The notes: generated by a model from the sequence alone, not told the origin. A stretch of DNA of 64,000 bases from Acidimicrobiaceae bacterium (GCA_025350565.1 JANXXO010000034.1:30577-94576), one strand, 5' to 3'; positions 27,971-38,363 are shown, counted from the stretch's first letter. Numbers and translations: made by a program.

Positions 27971-29377
27971 ATGACCAACGGAACGGGGCGACAAAACCCC
28001 GAGAGCATGACGTTCGAAACGAAGCCTCGACCATCGCGTGCTCCACGCCGGGTCGCGCGCCCTCCCCAACGACGCACTGCGAACAATCTCGCCCTCCTGG
28101 CCGGGATAGGGCTGCTTATTTCTGTCGGTCTCGCTTTCATCGGCGAGTCGCTCGGATCATTCAAGTCGGCCGGCGGTTGGTTCACTTTTGCGGGACGAGT
28201 AACCGGACTAAGTGGGACGTACTTACTAATCATCATGGTTTTGCTGGTGACGCGACTCCCGTGGCTCGAACAAACCGTAGGCCAAGTCCGACTCGTTCAC
28301 TGGCACCGAACCGTCGGGGGATGGCCCATCGCCATCATTGCCCTACACGTAATCTTGATCACCATTGGCTACGCTCAGGCTTCGCACGTTGGTCTTTTGA
28401 GCGAGTTCTGGGCGTTTATTTACCACTACCCCGACATGCTTTCGGCAACCGTCGCGTTCGCGCTTTTAGTGTTGGCCGGCGTGACGTCGATACCCGCGAT
28501 ACGTCTTCAACTGAAGTACCAGACGTGGTGGGTCGTCCATCTCTATCTCTACCTCGCGGTCGTCTTGGCATTCGCCCATGAGATAAAGGCAGGCGTGATG
28601 TTTATTGGTCACCCCTTGTCGCTGGATTTCTGGATTGCCCTTTCGGTGGTGGCGCTCGGCGCGGTACTCGCCGTCCGCGGCGTGCGACCCCTGGCGCGGA
28701 ACTTGCGCCATCAATTACGCGTGGCGGACGTGCGTGAAGAAGCTCCTGGCGTGTATTCAGTCATCATCAAAGGTCGCAACATGAACCAATTTGAGGTCGC
28801 CGGCGGGCAATTTTTCCAGTGGCGCTTCATGGCCCGAGGTCTCTGGTGGCACTCGCATCCGTACTCTCTGTCGGCCCTGCCCCGCCCACCTTTTATTCGA
28901 ATGACGGTGAAACGTCTCGGTCTACAGAGTCTGGCGACGACGCGACTGAAGCCGGGTACCCGCGTCATCGTCGAGGGGCCCTATGGCGTGTTCACCCGTC
29001 ACGCCCGTCAAGGTGACGGGCGCGTGGTACTTATCGGTGCGGGCGTGGGAATCTCTCCGATTCGAGCATTGCTCGAAGATCTCCCCCCGGGTACCAATGT
29101 GACCGTACTCTTACGGGCCTCGAAGGCCGAAGACCTCGTGCATCGTAAAGAGATAGCGCAGCTCGTAATTGAGCGCGACGGACAACTCCACGAGATTGTC
29201 GGGTCGCGAAAGAAAGTACACCTGGACGGGAAAGCACTTCGACAGCTTCTGGGGAACTTGAGTACTTCTGACATCTACGTGTGCGGACCTCCCGGTTTCA
29301 GCGAGTCCATGGCCAAGGCACTGGTGCGCCTGGGAGCCGGGCACGACCGAATTCATCAAGAAGCGTTCGCATTTTAG
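27971..29377 (+). CDS. Ferric reductase-like membrane protein with FAD/NAD(P)H-binding domains
   Basis: TM helices with His (HWHR, HLYL, AHE), HPYSLS, GPYG, GAGVGISP and YVCGP motifs. Exact start uncertain. Confidence 0.88.
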   Translation: MTNGTGRQNPESMTFETKPRPSRAPRRVARPPQRRTANNLALLAGIGLLISVGLAFIGESLGSFKSAGGWFTFAGRVTGLSGTYLLIIMVLLVTRLPWLEQTVGQVRLVHWHRTVGGWPIAIIALHVILITIGYAQASHVGLLSEFWAFIYHYPDMLSATVAFALLVLAGVTSIPAIRLQLKYQTWWVVHLYLYLAVVLAFAHEIKAGVMFIGHPLSLDFWIALSVVALGAVLAVRGVRPLARNLRHQLRVADVREEAPGVYSVIIKGRNMNQFEVAGGQFFQWRFMARGLWWHSHPYSLSALPRPPFIRMTVKRLGLQSLATTRLKPGTRVIVEGPYGVFTRHARQGDGRVVLIGAGVGISPIRALLEDLPPGTNVTVLLRASKAEDLVHRKEIAQLVIERDGQLHEIVGSRKKVHLDGKALRQLLGNLSTSDIYVCGPPGFSESMAKALVRLGAGHDRIHQEAFAF

Positions 29378-29420
29378 GACATGGAGAAATCAACATGACG
29401 ATTCAGTTAGGGCGATCCCA

Positions 29421-29927
29421 ATGAGGCGTGCACCCATCGTGATTGCCAGTACCGTCGTAGGCATTGTCGGACTCATAAGCTTCAATTCGACGGCCGTCAC
29501 TCTTTCTCCCAATTCCCTGTCGGCTGCGACGGTGCCAACCCGGTCGACCACGCCCACGACGACGATCGCTCCGCGTTCGAGCGGCTCTACGCCACCGCCG
29601 ACGAGCCCCACGGTGGGCCCCCCGACCACCACGGCAGCACCGGCAACCTCGCGCAGCGCGATAGGTGCGTCCACCAATTACAGCTTCGGAGTTCTGTCGG
29701 TGAAGGTATCTGTGTCGGGAACCACGATCACGAACGTCTCTATTGCGTCAATTGACGACGGGGGAAATCCAAACTCCCAGTACATTGACCAGCAGTCAAT
29801 CCCGATGCTCGAACAGCAGGCGCTGAGGGCTCAGAGCGCGAACATCCAGGGCGTCTCTGGAGCCAGTTATACGACCGCCGGTTTCCAGCAGTCGCTCCAG
29901 TCCGCCCTCTCGAAGTTGGGCCTTTGA
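29421..29927 (+). CDS. Exported FMN-binding (flavinylated) protein
   Basis: N-terminal signal/TM, Thr/Pro linker, VSGASYT matching the [S/T]GA[S/T] flavinylation motif. Confidence 0.88.
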   Translation: MRRAPIVIASTVVGIVGLISFNSTAVTLSPNSLSAATVPTRSTTPTTTIAPRSSGSTPPPTSPTVGPPTTTAAPATSRSAIGASTNYSFGVLSVKVSVSGTTITNVSIASIDDGGNPNSQYIDQQSIPMLEQQALRAQSANIQGVSGASYTTAGFQQSLQSALSKLGL

Positions 29928-30736
29928 CCGACGAACTCACGCACGTGGAAGGTACGCGGCGCATCGTGCACCACGAAGAAGAAGTCATGGGCACGATAGT
30001 GACCTTCGATCTCTACGACGACACTGAGCCGTCCAATGACGTGTTGTCCCTCGTGCGAGAAGCCGTTGACCTGCTTCATGAAGCCGATGAAGAGTTCAGC
30101 ACCTACAAGATTGACAGTCCCCTTTCTCGCCTTCGTCGGGGCGATGTCAGTCTCGAGCAGTGTTCGCCCGTTATCGCCGAGGTGTTGGCAATGTGCAAAA
30201 TGGCGAGGTCCGTCTCCGAGGGTTGGTTTGATCCGTGGTCACTTCCCGGCGGCCTCGACCCCACGGGCTACGTAAAGGGCTGGGCCGCGCAACGCTCGCT
30301 CGACGTGCTTCGCCGAAGCAATATTCGAGGAGCTCTCGTCAACGCCGCCGGCGATACCGCATGCTTCGGTGGGCCCTATCTCGGTGCACCGTTTCGCATC
30401 GGAATCGTCAATCCCGCGGCAACCCAATACCTCGCGTGCGTCGTGGAAAGCCCGGGCGCGGTGGCCACGTCGGGAACCTACGAGCGCGGTTGCCACCTCT
30501 TTGACCCCCGTACGCAAAGCCACATGTCACGGGCCGCGTCGGCCACGGTGACGGGTACGGATCTCGGCTTAGCCGACGCTCTGGCAACGGCGCTCGCCGT
30601 GGCCGGTTCGCGGGCGCTTGCACTCCTGGAGGGCCTCGCCAACTACGAAGGCCTCGTCATCGAATTCGATGGCACATTCCGTTCGACCTCCGACTTTCCA
30701 ATAGTGGCGACAGATGCGACACGCAAAAACAGGTAG
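29924..30736 (+). CDS. apbE: FAD:protein FMN transferase ApbE
   Basis: MGT, FSTY..DS.LSRL, DPTGYVKGWA, NAAGD, ATSGTYERG.H..DP and ADALATA motifs. Confidence 0.9.
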   Translation: MTDELTHVEGTRRIVHHEEEVMGTIVTFDLYDDTEPSNDVLSLVREAVDLLHEADEEFSTYKIDSPLSRLRRGDVSLEQCSPVIAEVLAMCKMARSVSEGWFDPWSLPGGLDPTGYVKGWAAQRSLDVLRRSNIRGALVNAAGDTACFGGPYLGAPFRIGIVNPAATQYLACVVESPGAVATSGTYERGCHLFDPRTQSHMSRAASATVTGTDLGLADALATALAVAGSRALALLEGLANYEGLVIEFDGTFRSTSDFPIVATDATRKNR

Positions 30737-30796
30737 AACTTCGTCAATGACGACCTACTGTGTCATGTCGCGCGCTCGTGCGGTCGAGACGAAAGC

Positions 30797-31651
30797 CTAA
30801 ACGTCTAGAAACCGACGGACGGCAAAGGCTGATCCAATCGAGCCGACAATGACGCCAACCAGTAGTACGACCCCTTCGGTGTAGAGCATCGCGGTGGTGC
30901 TGAGCGCAAACTCATCGTGTAACGGATACCACGTGTGCAACGCCGTCACCGCGGCGATGGCCACGGCCGATCCCAAGAGACCCTGAATAAAACCTTCGGT
31001 GATGTAAGGAATACGGATGAACCAGTTGGTGGCGCCCACCAACTTCATCACCGACACTTCACGTCGTCGAGCGAAGATGGCCATGCGAATGGTGTTGAGG
31101 ATGAGCACGCCCGCTGACAGCAACAGCACCAGCGCGAGCGCCAAGAACACGATCTGCAAAACGCGAATTACGTGGTTCATTTGCCGGATCTGTTGATTGG
31201 GCGAGGTCACGGCGTAAATGCCGGGCTGATGAGCGAAGGTCGACTCGACGGTGAAGGCGTCGGCGGGAATGGTCGGGACACACACGAACGACGAGGGGAC
31301 ATCCGCAACCTTGAGAACATTAAATTCCGTCGGCTGCAGCAACTTCTTGGCCTGCGAGTAGTCCTGGGCTTGGGTGCGGTAGTTGCAGTTCTTCACGATC
31401 GGCAACGAGGCCAGTTGCGACTGAATATTGGCGATCTCCCCTGACGAAGCGGTGGCCTGCATCCACACCGTGACCCGGGTTCCTTGTTGCCACGTCACCG
31501 ACGCCTGGGCCGCGCTCTGCTTCAATAACAGGGCCGATCCCACCAGCGACAGTGACACGGCGACCGTGAGCACCGCGGCGATGGTCATCATCCGATTGCG
31601 CCAAAGGTTGCTGAAGGTTTCCTTGAAGGCGTAGCGCAGGTACACACTCAT
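30797..31651 (-). CDS. ftsX: Cell division permease FtsX
   Basis: [31 protein letters not shown] motif; downstream of ftsE. Confidence 0.93.
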   Translation of the reverse strand: MSVYLRYAFKETFSNLWRNRMMTIAAVLTVAVSLSLVGSALLLKQSAAQASVTWQQGTRVTVWMQATASSGEIANIQSQLASLPIVKNCNYRTQAQDYSQAKKLLQPTEFNVLKVADVPSSFVCVPTIPADAFTVESTFAHQPGIYAVTSPNQQIRQMNHVIRVLQIVFLALALVLLLSAGVLILNTIRMAIFARRREVSVMKLVGATNWFIRIPYITEGFIQGLLGSAVAIAAVTALHTWYPLHDEFALSTTAMLYTEGVVLLVGVIVGSIGSAFAVRRFLDV

Positions 31652-32349
31652 GCGATGGACACTCCTTCATCAATGCCGTAGACGCCTCGAACCTGGTCAC
31701 GAATCATCTCGCCGCGGTCGAGCTCGATGACGCGTCGACGCATTCGGTCCACCAGGGCCTTGTCGTGCGTCGCCATGACGACGGTCGTGCCGGTCCGGTT
31801 GATTCGCTCCAACAGGGCCATGATCGATTCGGAGTTCGCGGGGTCGAGATTACCCGTGGGTTCGTCGGCGAGCAGAATGAGGGGTCGATTGACGAAGGCG
31901 CGCGCGACGGCGACGCGCTGTTGCTCGCCACCGGAGAGTTCGGCCGGCAGGTTTTTGCTCTTGTCGCTCAGTCCCACCAGTTCAAGAATCTGGGGAACTT
32001 GGGACTCAACCGTCGAATGTGGTCGCCCAATGACTTCCAAGGCGAAGGCGACGTTTTCGAAGACCGTCTTATTGGGGAGCAGGCGGAAGTCTTGGAAGAC
32101 GCAACCAATATTGCGCCGGAGGTAGGGGACCCGCCACTTCGGCAGTTCGCCAATATCGCGACCGGCCTCGAGGATGCGGCCCTGGTCGGGTAGCTCCTCG
32201 CGTAGCAGCAGTCGTAAAAAGGTGGTCTTTCCGGAACCGGACGCCCCGACGAGGAAGACGAACTCCCCCTTCTCGATGTCGATCGAGATGTCCTTCAGCG
32301 CCGGCGTCCCGTTTTTGTAAGTCTTGGAGACGTTCTCAAAGCGAATCAC
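31648..32349 (-). CDS. ftsE: Cell division ATP-binding protein FtsE
   Basis: [25 protein letters not shown] and [10 protein letters not shown] motifs. Confidence 0.95.
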   Translation of the reverse strand: MIRFENVSKTYKNGTPALKDISIDIEKGEFVFLVGASGSGKTTFLRLLLREELPDQGRILEAGRDIGELPKWRVPYLRRNIGCVFQDFRLLPNKTVFENVAFALEVIGRPHSTVESQVPQILELVGLSDKSKNLPAELSGGEQQRVAVARAFVNRPLILLADEPTGNLDPANSESIMALLERINRTGTTVVMATHDKALVDRMRRRVIELDRGEMIRDQVRGVYGIDEGVSIA

Positions 32350-32472
32350 GCGAACTCCCTTAGAGGTCGTGTAGCGGGGCGTGCAACACCCGGATGTACG
32401 CAGACCATTCTAGTTTGGGGACTTTGACTTTCCGTGCCACCAAAGCCGTGAGTTACAGGGCTCTCAAAATTC

Positions 32473-33618
32473 TTATGATGTAAATCGCTGACGTCGCAGT
32501 TCAGCCTCCATAAAACCATCGAGGTCACCGTCGAGGACGGCCTCGACGTTGCCGGTTTCGAACTCCGTGCGGTGGTCCTTCACGAGTTGATAGGGCGCTT
32601 GCACGTAACTGCGAATCTGTGAGCCCCACGCGTTATCGCCGCGGTCACCACTCAAAGCGTTCATCGCCGCTTGTCGTTCGGCGCGCGCGCGTTCGGCCAA
32701 CTTCGCCTCGAGGATCTGCATCGCTCGGGCTCGATTTTGATGTTGGGACCGTTCGTTCTGACAGCTCACGACAATGTTGGTGGGAAGGTGAGTGATGCGG
32801 ATGGCCGAATCGGTCTTGTTGACGTGTTGGCCACCGGCCCCGGACGATCGATAGGTGTCGATTCGCAATTCTTTTTCGTCAATCTCCACTTCCGCGGAGT
32901 TGTCATCGAGTAGCGGCGTCACGTCAAGACTGGCGAAACTGGTTTGGCGACGGGCCTGCGAATCGAAGGGACTAATTCGCACGAGTCGGTGGACCCCCCG
33001 TTCGGCCGAGAGCCAGCCGTAGGCGAAGCGACCCTTCAAGATGAACGTCGCCGACAAGAGTCCGGCCTCTTGGCCCTCCGTCGCCTCGTCCACTTCGACA
33101 CCGAAGCCACGACGTTCACCCCAGCGCGAGTACATGCGCATCAGCATCTCGGTCCAATCCTGCGCGTCGGTGCCACCTGCGCCCGCGTGCAGTTCCACGA
33201 TGGCGTCGTTGGCGTCGTACGGTCCGCTGAAGAGACTCTGGGTTTCGAGCGCGGCAATCTTCACTCCGCGGGAGGCAACCGTTGATGTCAATTCGTTGAT
33301 CAGCGACCAATCGGCGTCACCGGCCGACAGCGACTCGCGAGAGAACTCGACCAGCACGAGGCTGTCGTCGAGGGCGCCTCGAAGTTCGTCAAACTGGTCC
33401 AGGTCGTTGGTGAGCCGGCCGAGCTCGGTGGTGACGTCACGCGCGCGGTCTTGATCGTCCCACAAATTCGGATCGGCCACGTGTTCGCTCAGTTCCCCGT
33501 GGCGCTCGCGACTGGTGTCGATTTTCAGGTAGTCGCGCGCAGCCGTCCAACGCGCTTCGAGGTCTTCGAGGGTGCCCAGTGCCTCTCGAAGCGCGTTCTC
33601 GGCCTTAGGGTCGGCCAT
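32473..33618 (-). CDS. prfB: Peptide chain release factor 2, no programmed frameshift
   Basis: SPF and GGQ motifs, GSQIRSYV..PY; continuous ORF from ATG 33618. Confidence 0.96.
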   Translation of the reverse strand: MADPKAENALREALGTLEDLEARWTAARDYLKIDTSRERHGELSEHVADPNLWDDQDRARDVTTELGRLTNDLDQFDELRGALDDSLVLVEFSRESLSAGDADWSLINELTSTVASRGVKIAALETQSLFSGPYDANDAIVELHAGAGGTDAQDWTEMLMRMYSRWGERRGFGVEVDEATEGQEAGLLSATFILKGRFAYGWLSAERGVHRLVRISPFDSQARRQTSFASLDVTPLLDDNSAEVEIDEKELRIDTYRSSGAGGQHVNKTDSAIRITHLPTNIVVSCQNERSQHQNRARAMQILEAKLAERARAERQAAMNALSGDRGDNAWGSQIRSYVQAPYQLVKDHRTEFETGNVEAVLDGDLDGFMEAELRRQRFTS

Positions 33619-36277
33619 GGCACTGCTTGTACTTCCGGCCCGAGCCGCACCAACACGGTTCGTTGCGGCCAATCTTGTCGCCCTCTTTGGGCAACGTCGA
33701 CTTGGCCGCGCCGTGCGTGGGCAACTCGGTCGCTCCGGGAGCCACCGCTTCGGCGTTGGTGACGGCATTCTCGAGGCCCTCGTCCGCCGTGGTGGGCTCA
33801 TCGGGCGCGATGGCTTCAACGTGGGTGATGTAGCGCACGAAGTCGGCGTCAACGTTGGCCAGCAGTTTTTCGAAGAGGAGGTAGCCCTCTCGCTGCCACG
33901 CGGTCAAGGGGTCCTGTTGGGCGACTTGACGTAAGTGAATGCCGTCGCGCAAATGGTCCATGTCCGAGAGATGATCGCGCCAACGCTGGTCGAGGATCTG
34001 CAACATCACGTCACGCTCGATCTCCTTCGCCGTGTCCAGTCCCCCGGGAAAATTCTCGCTCTTCTTCTCGTACTGCGTGAGCGCTTCGTCCACGACGAGG
34101 GCGATGATGTCGTCGCGGTCTTCATACTGGACGAGGTCGTCGGCGCTCTGTTTCGTCGGGTAGTACGTCATGAGTTCGGTGCCGAGCGCGGCGAGGTCCC
34201 ACGACTCGGAGAATTCGCCCTCGAGTTGCGTCTCGATGACCTGGGTCAACGTCTCCTCAATCATGGCAAGAGTCGCGTCGTGCATGTCTTCACCGTCGAG
34301 CACTTGTTGGCGTCGCCCGTAGATGACTTTGCGCTGTTCGTTCATGACCTCGTCGTACTTCAACACGTCTTTTCGAATTTCGGCGTTTTTGCCCTCCACC
34401 GTGTTCTGCGCGCGCTCGATGGCCTTGCTGACCATCTTGGCCTCGATGGGCAGATCGTCGGGCATGGTGCGGTCCATGACCCACGACACGGCCCCGGTGG
34501 CGAAAAGTCGAAGTAGTTCGTCTTCCAAGGAAAGGTAAAAACGACTTTCGCCGGGGTCGCCTTGACGGCCGGAGCGGCCGCGCAACTGATTGTCGATGCG
34601 GCGAGAATCGTGGCGTTCGGTACCGAGGACGTAGAGTCCACCGAGCGCTCGGACTTCGTCACCCTCCGCGGTACAGACGGCGCGAAAGTTCGCGAGCGCG
34701 CTCTGGTAGGCGGCGTCGAACTCTTCGCTACCGGACGGGTAGCCCCGACCGAGTGCTTCGCGAGTGGCCAGTCCTTCGAAGTTGCCGCCGAGCACGACGT
34801 CGACACCTCGGCCGGCCATGTTGGTGGCGACGGTGACGGCGTGCTTTCGACCGGCCTGCGCAACGATCTCGGCTTCGCGGAAGTGCTGCTTGGCGTTGAG
34901 CACCTCGTGCGTGATGCCCGCCTTGGACAGTTCGCGCGAGAGTAACTCAGACTTTTCGACCGAGGCCGTCCCGAGCAGGACGGGTTGACCTTGGTCACTT
35001 CGCTCGCGCACGTCGTCGACGATCGCGCGAAACTTGGCCGCTTCGGATTTGAAGATGAGGTCGGCCTGGTCGAGACGAACGAGAGGCTGGTTCGAAGGAA
35101 TGGGCACCACCGACAACTTGTAGGTGTTCCCGAACTCGGCCGCTTCGGTCTCGGCCGTACCGGTCATACCGGCCAACTTGGCGTAGAGGCGGAAGTAGTT
35201 CTGCAAGGTGACAGTCGCCCAGGTGTGGTTCTCCTCTTGGATCCGAACTCGTTCCTTAGCTTCCACGGCCTGGTGTAGTCCGTCGGACCACCGTCGTCCG
35301 TCCAGGGTCCGTCCGGTGAATTCGTCGATGATCTTCACGTCGCCCGCGTCGACGAGGTACTCCTTGTCGCGGTGGTAGAGCTCTTTGGCCTCGAGGGCCT
35401 TACCGAGTTGGTGCACGTAGTTGGTGGCGACCACGTCGTAGAGGTTGGTGACGCCGAGCTGACGCTCCACCTTCTCGATACCCGCTTCGGTCGGCATGAC
35501 GGTGCGCTTCTCCTCATCCACTTCGTAGTCGACGTCGCGGGCCAGAGCCCGTGCGATGGAGGCGAACTGGTAGTAGAGCTTCGTGACGTCCGAGGCCGGA
35601 CCTGAGATGATCAAGGGGGTTCGGGCCTCGTCGATCAGAATGGAGTCGACCTCGTCGACGATGGCGTACTGGTGTCCACGCTGGACCCGGTGCTCGGCTT
35701 GGCGCGCCATGTTGTCGCGCAGGTAGTCGAAACCGAACTCGGTGTTCGTGCCGTAGGTGATGTCGCAGGCGTAGGCCTCGCGTTTCTCCTCGAACTCCGA
35801 GAGGTCCGGTCCCACACGGCCCACGGTGAGACCGAGGAAGCGGTGAAGTTGGCCCATCCAGTTGGCGTCGCGAGTGGCCAAATAGTCGTTCACCGTCACC
35901 ACGTGCACGCCCTGTCCGGCGAGCGCGTTGAGATAGACCGGCAACGTCGAGACGAGGGTCTTGCCTTCACCGGTCTTCATTTCGGCAATCCATCCGAAGT
36001 GCAGCGCCATACCGCCCATGAGCTGGACGTCGTAGTGGCGCTGGCCGAGCACCCGGGTGGCCCCTTCGCGAACGACGGCGAAGGCCTCAATCAGCAGGTC
36101 GTCGAGTTCTTCGCCCTCGGCGAGGCGCGCGCGAAACTCCGAGGTCTTGGCTCGTAATTCCTCGTCGGTCAGGGCCGCCATCTCAACACCCAACTCGTTG
36201 ACGAGCGGCACGAGTTCGGCGAGTTGGCGAACTCGCTTGCCTTCTCCGGCCTTCAGAATCTTGCTAAATACACTCAT
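33605..36277 (-). CDS. secA: Preprotein translocase SecA
   Basis: MKTGEGKT, DEVDSILIDEARTPLIISG and ATNMAGRG motifs; C-terminal CWCGSGRKYKQCHG. Confidence 0.98.
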   Translation of the reverse strand: MSVFSKILKAGEGKRVRQLAELVPLVNELGVEMAALTDEELRAKTSEFRARLAEGEELDDLLIEAFAVVREGATRVLGQRHYDVQLMGGMALHFGWIAEMKTGEGKTLVSTLPVYLNALAGQGVHVVTVNDYLATRDANWMGQLHRFLGLTVGRVGPDLSEFEEKREAYACDITYGTNTEFGFDYLRDNMARQAEHRVQRGHQYAIVDEVDSILIDEARTPLIISGPASDVTKLYYQFASIARALARDVDYEVDEEKRTVMPTEAGIEKVERQLGVTNLYDVVATNYVHQLGKALEAKELYHRDKEYLVDAGDVKIIDEFTGRTLDGRRWSDGLHQAVEAKERVRIQEENHTWATVTLQNYFRLYAKLAGMTGTAETEAAEFGNTYKLSVVPIPSNQPLVRLDQADLIFKSEAAKFRAIVDDVRERSDQGQPVLLGTASVEKSELLSRELSKAGITHEVLNAKQHFREAEIVAQAGRKHAVTVATNMAGRGVDVVLGGNFEGLATREALGRGYPSGSEEFDAAYQSALANFRAVCTAEGDEVRALGGLYVLGTERHDSRRIDNQLRGRSGRQGDPGESRFYLSLEDELLRLFATGAVSWVMDRTMPDDLPIEAKMVSKAIERAQNTVEGKNAEIRKDVLKYDEVMNEQRKVIYGRRQQVLDGEDMHDATLAMIEETLTQVIETQLEGEFSESWDLAALGTELMTYYPTKQSADDLVQYEDRDDIIALVVDEALTQYEKKSENFPGGLDTAKEIERDVMLQILDQRWRDHLSDMDHLRDGIHLRQVAQQDPLTAWQREGYLLFEKLLANVDADFVRYITHVEAIAPDEPTTADEGLENAVTNAEAVAPGATELPTHGAAKSTLPKEGDKIGRNEPCWCGSGRKYKQCHGRP

Positions 36278-36594
36278 GTCCTGTTGTACCCTACCGGTCG
36301 AAGTTCGTACTTCAGTAGGGCTGCGAGTGCTGACCTGGTCTTTGACCCCACACCTGCCTGCAGCGGTGTCCGTGCGTCACGCCGGCAGCACGAGGCTCTC
36401 CGGACATCAATCCGCACACTTCACCGGCTCTCGACGGAGCCAGGTTGGCCACGCCGAGGCAGGACTTACTTCTAAACCGCGCCATGCTCAGCGTCAACAA
36501 GACGCCTTACGTGGGTCGTTTCGCCCGCGACTGGCATCGACTTTCAACCACAGAACCACTCGCAGCCCTCGCAGCATTCTAGGGGAAGGTTCAA

Positions 36595-37434
36595 TCAGCT
36601 CGGAGGTCGGATGAGTAACACGACGCACAGCCGAAGCGCGAGTACCGCCGTGGCCAGGGGCGCCAGGACCCGCCGCCATCCTCGAGCGGTCTGCCACTCG
36701 AATCGCATGGCGCTGCGGTGATGAGCGACGAGCATCGCGCGGCTCGCGCGGGCTCGCGACACCCCCTCTATATGGGTGACGGTCGCCTCGGAAGTGGCCG
36801 CCACGCCGAAACCATGGTCGCGATAGGCCCAACAGAGCGCCATCTCTTCGGCGAACATGAAGTAGCGCTCATCAAAACCACCCACGATCTCGAAGGCGTC
36901 GCGCCGGGTCAGGAAGAACGCTCCCGACACCCAGTCCACCGAACCGTCGGCGCGCGGTGAACGGTAACGCTTGGTCGCGGGGTTCTGTGGCCACACCGGA
37001 GCCACGAGGGCGTGCACCCCAGCGAGCCAGACGTTAGGAAAGAGGCGTTGGGAGGGATAGACCGATCCATCGGGACGAACGATTTGCGGCCCGACCAAGG
37101 CCACCTCGGGATGCTCATCGAGGTAGCGCACGAGCGCGTCGACGCAGCCGGGGTGCACGATGATGTCGGGATTCGACACGAGCAAATACGAGCGCTTGGT
37201 CGCGGCCGCGGCACCCCGATTGACGCCTCCGCCGTAGCCGAGGTTCAACTTCGGCACCACGAGCTGCACGTGTTGACCCGACAGCGCGGGCAGCGTCGAA
37301 CCCTCTTGCCCATTTTCCACCACCACGATGTCCGTGACGCCGTCGGCGTGCAACGAGTTCACGCAGTCGTTGAGCGCCCGGCCAGCGTGGAAGTCAACGA
37401 TGACCGCGGCCACTCGCCGCGCCACGTCGCTCAT
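36595..37434 (-). CDS. GT2 glycosyltransferase (WbbL-like)
   Basis: NLGYGGGVN, NPDI, DWVSGAF and GGFDERYFMFAEE motifs; follows rmlD. Confidence 0.85.
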   Translation of the reverse strand: MSDVARRVAAVIVDFHAGRALNDCVNSLHADGVTDIVVVENGQEGSTLPALSGQHVQLVVPKLNLGYGGGVNRGAAAATKRSYLLVSNPDIIVHPGCVDALVRYLDEHPEVALVGPQIVRPDGSVYPSQRLFPNVWLAGVHALVAPVWPQNPATKRYRSPRADGSVDWVSGAFFLTRRDAFEIVGGFDERYFMFAEEMALCWAYRDHGFGVAATSEATVTHIEGVSRARASRAMLVAHHRSAMRFEWQTARGWRRVLAPLATAVLALRLCVVLLIRPPS

Positions 37435-38363
37435 GAGGCCCCGCCACTCGGACGCAGTGCCCGGTCGTGCACGAGACGAGCGACGCCATCGCGCCACTCG
37501 GGCAACGCCGTCCATTGGTGGGCGAACTTCGCCGTCACCAAGTCGCTGCGGATCGGTCGGGTGGCCAGTGGCGCGGGGTCGAGCTCACTGGTGGCGATTG
37601 CCATCGCAAAATCGTCACCACGGCCGAGCGTCGTTCCCACGAAGTCGGCCACGTCGAACCACGTGGTGATGCCGCTATTGGCCACGTTCCAAAGGCCACC
37701 CGGTCGTTCGCGCACCAAGGTGACCAGCGCGCGAGCCAGATCGGCCGCCACCGTGACGGTACCGGTCTGGTCGTTGACGAACCGCACGCTGGCGCCCGAC
37801 ATCGCCCGATCAGCCACAACATGCACCACGTTTTTCCCTCGCACGCCCATCACCCAGGACGTACGGACAATGGTGTCGCCACTCGAGCACAGGAGTTCAC
37901 CGGCGCGCTTCGAGGCACCGTAGACGTTGAGGGGATTGGTCACGTCGTCTTCTACGTAACCGGCGCCCTTGTTGCCGTCGAAGACGTAGTCGGTGGAGAG
38001 TGCAATGAGGTGCGCGCCGTGGTGATGTGCCGCGAGCGACAGGGACTCCGTGCCCGCACTGTTGACGGCAAAGCAGCGAGCGCTCTCCTCTTCGGCACGG
38101 TCGACCGCGGTGTAGGCGGCCAAGTGGACAATGACGTCGGGCCGAGCGGTCGCTACTGACCGCATCACGGCGTCGCGGTCCGTGATGTCGAGCTCGTGAT
38201 GGGTGAGGCCTAGCACCTCGAACTCGTCGGATGTCACGACCCGACCGTCGGGCTGAAAATTCGTCGCGGCGCCGAGGGGTGTCGCGCCGGCGAGGACGTC
38301 CATCAAGTCCACGCCCACCTGGCCACCGGCGCCCGTCACGAGGACGCGCGTCGCGCGACTCAC
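37431..38363 (-). CDS. rfbD: dTDP-4-dehydrorhamnose reductase
   Basis: GAGGQVG, AAYTAVD.AE, STDYVFDG and YGASK motifs. Confidence 0.93.
   Translation of the reverse strand: MSRATRVLVTGAGGQVGVDLMDVLAGATPLGAATNFQPDGRVVTSDEFEVLGLTHHELDITDRDAVMRSVATARPDVIVHLAAYTAVDRAEEESARCFAVNSAGTESLSLAAHHHGAHLIALSTDYVFDGNKGAGYVEDDVTNPLNVYGASKRAGELLCSSGDTIVRTSWVMGVRGKNVVHVVADRAMSGASVRFVNDQTGTVTVAADLARALVTLVRERPGGLWNVANSGITTWFDVADFVGTTLGRGDDFAMAIATSELDPAPLATRPIRSDLVTAKFAHQWTALPEWRDGVARLVHDRALRPSGGAS

Noticed and set aside
33500-33852. Programmed +1 frameshift in prfB
   Set aside because: The ORF is continuous from ATG 33618 and has no CTT-TGA slippery site, as is usual in actinobacteria.
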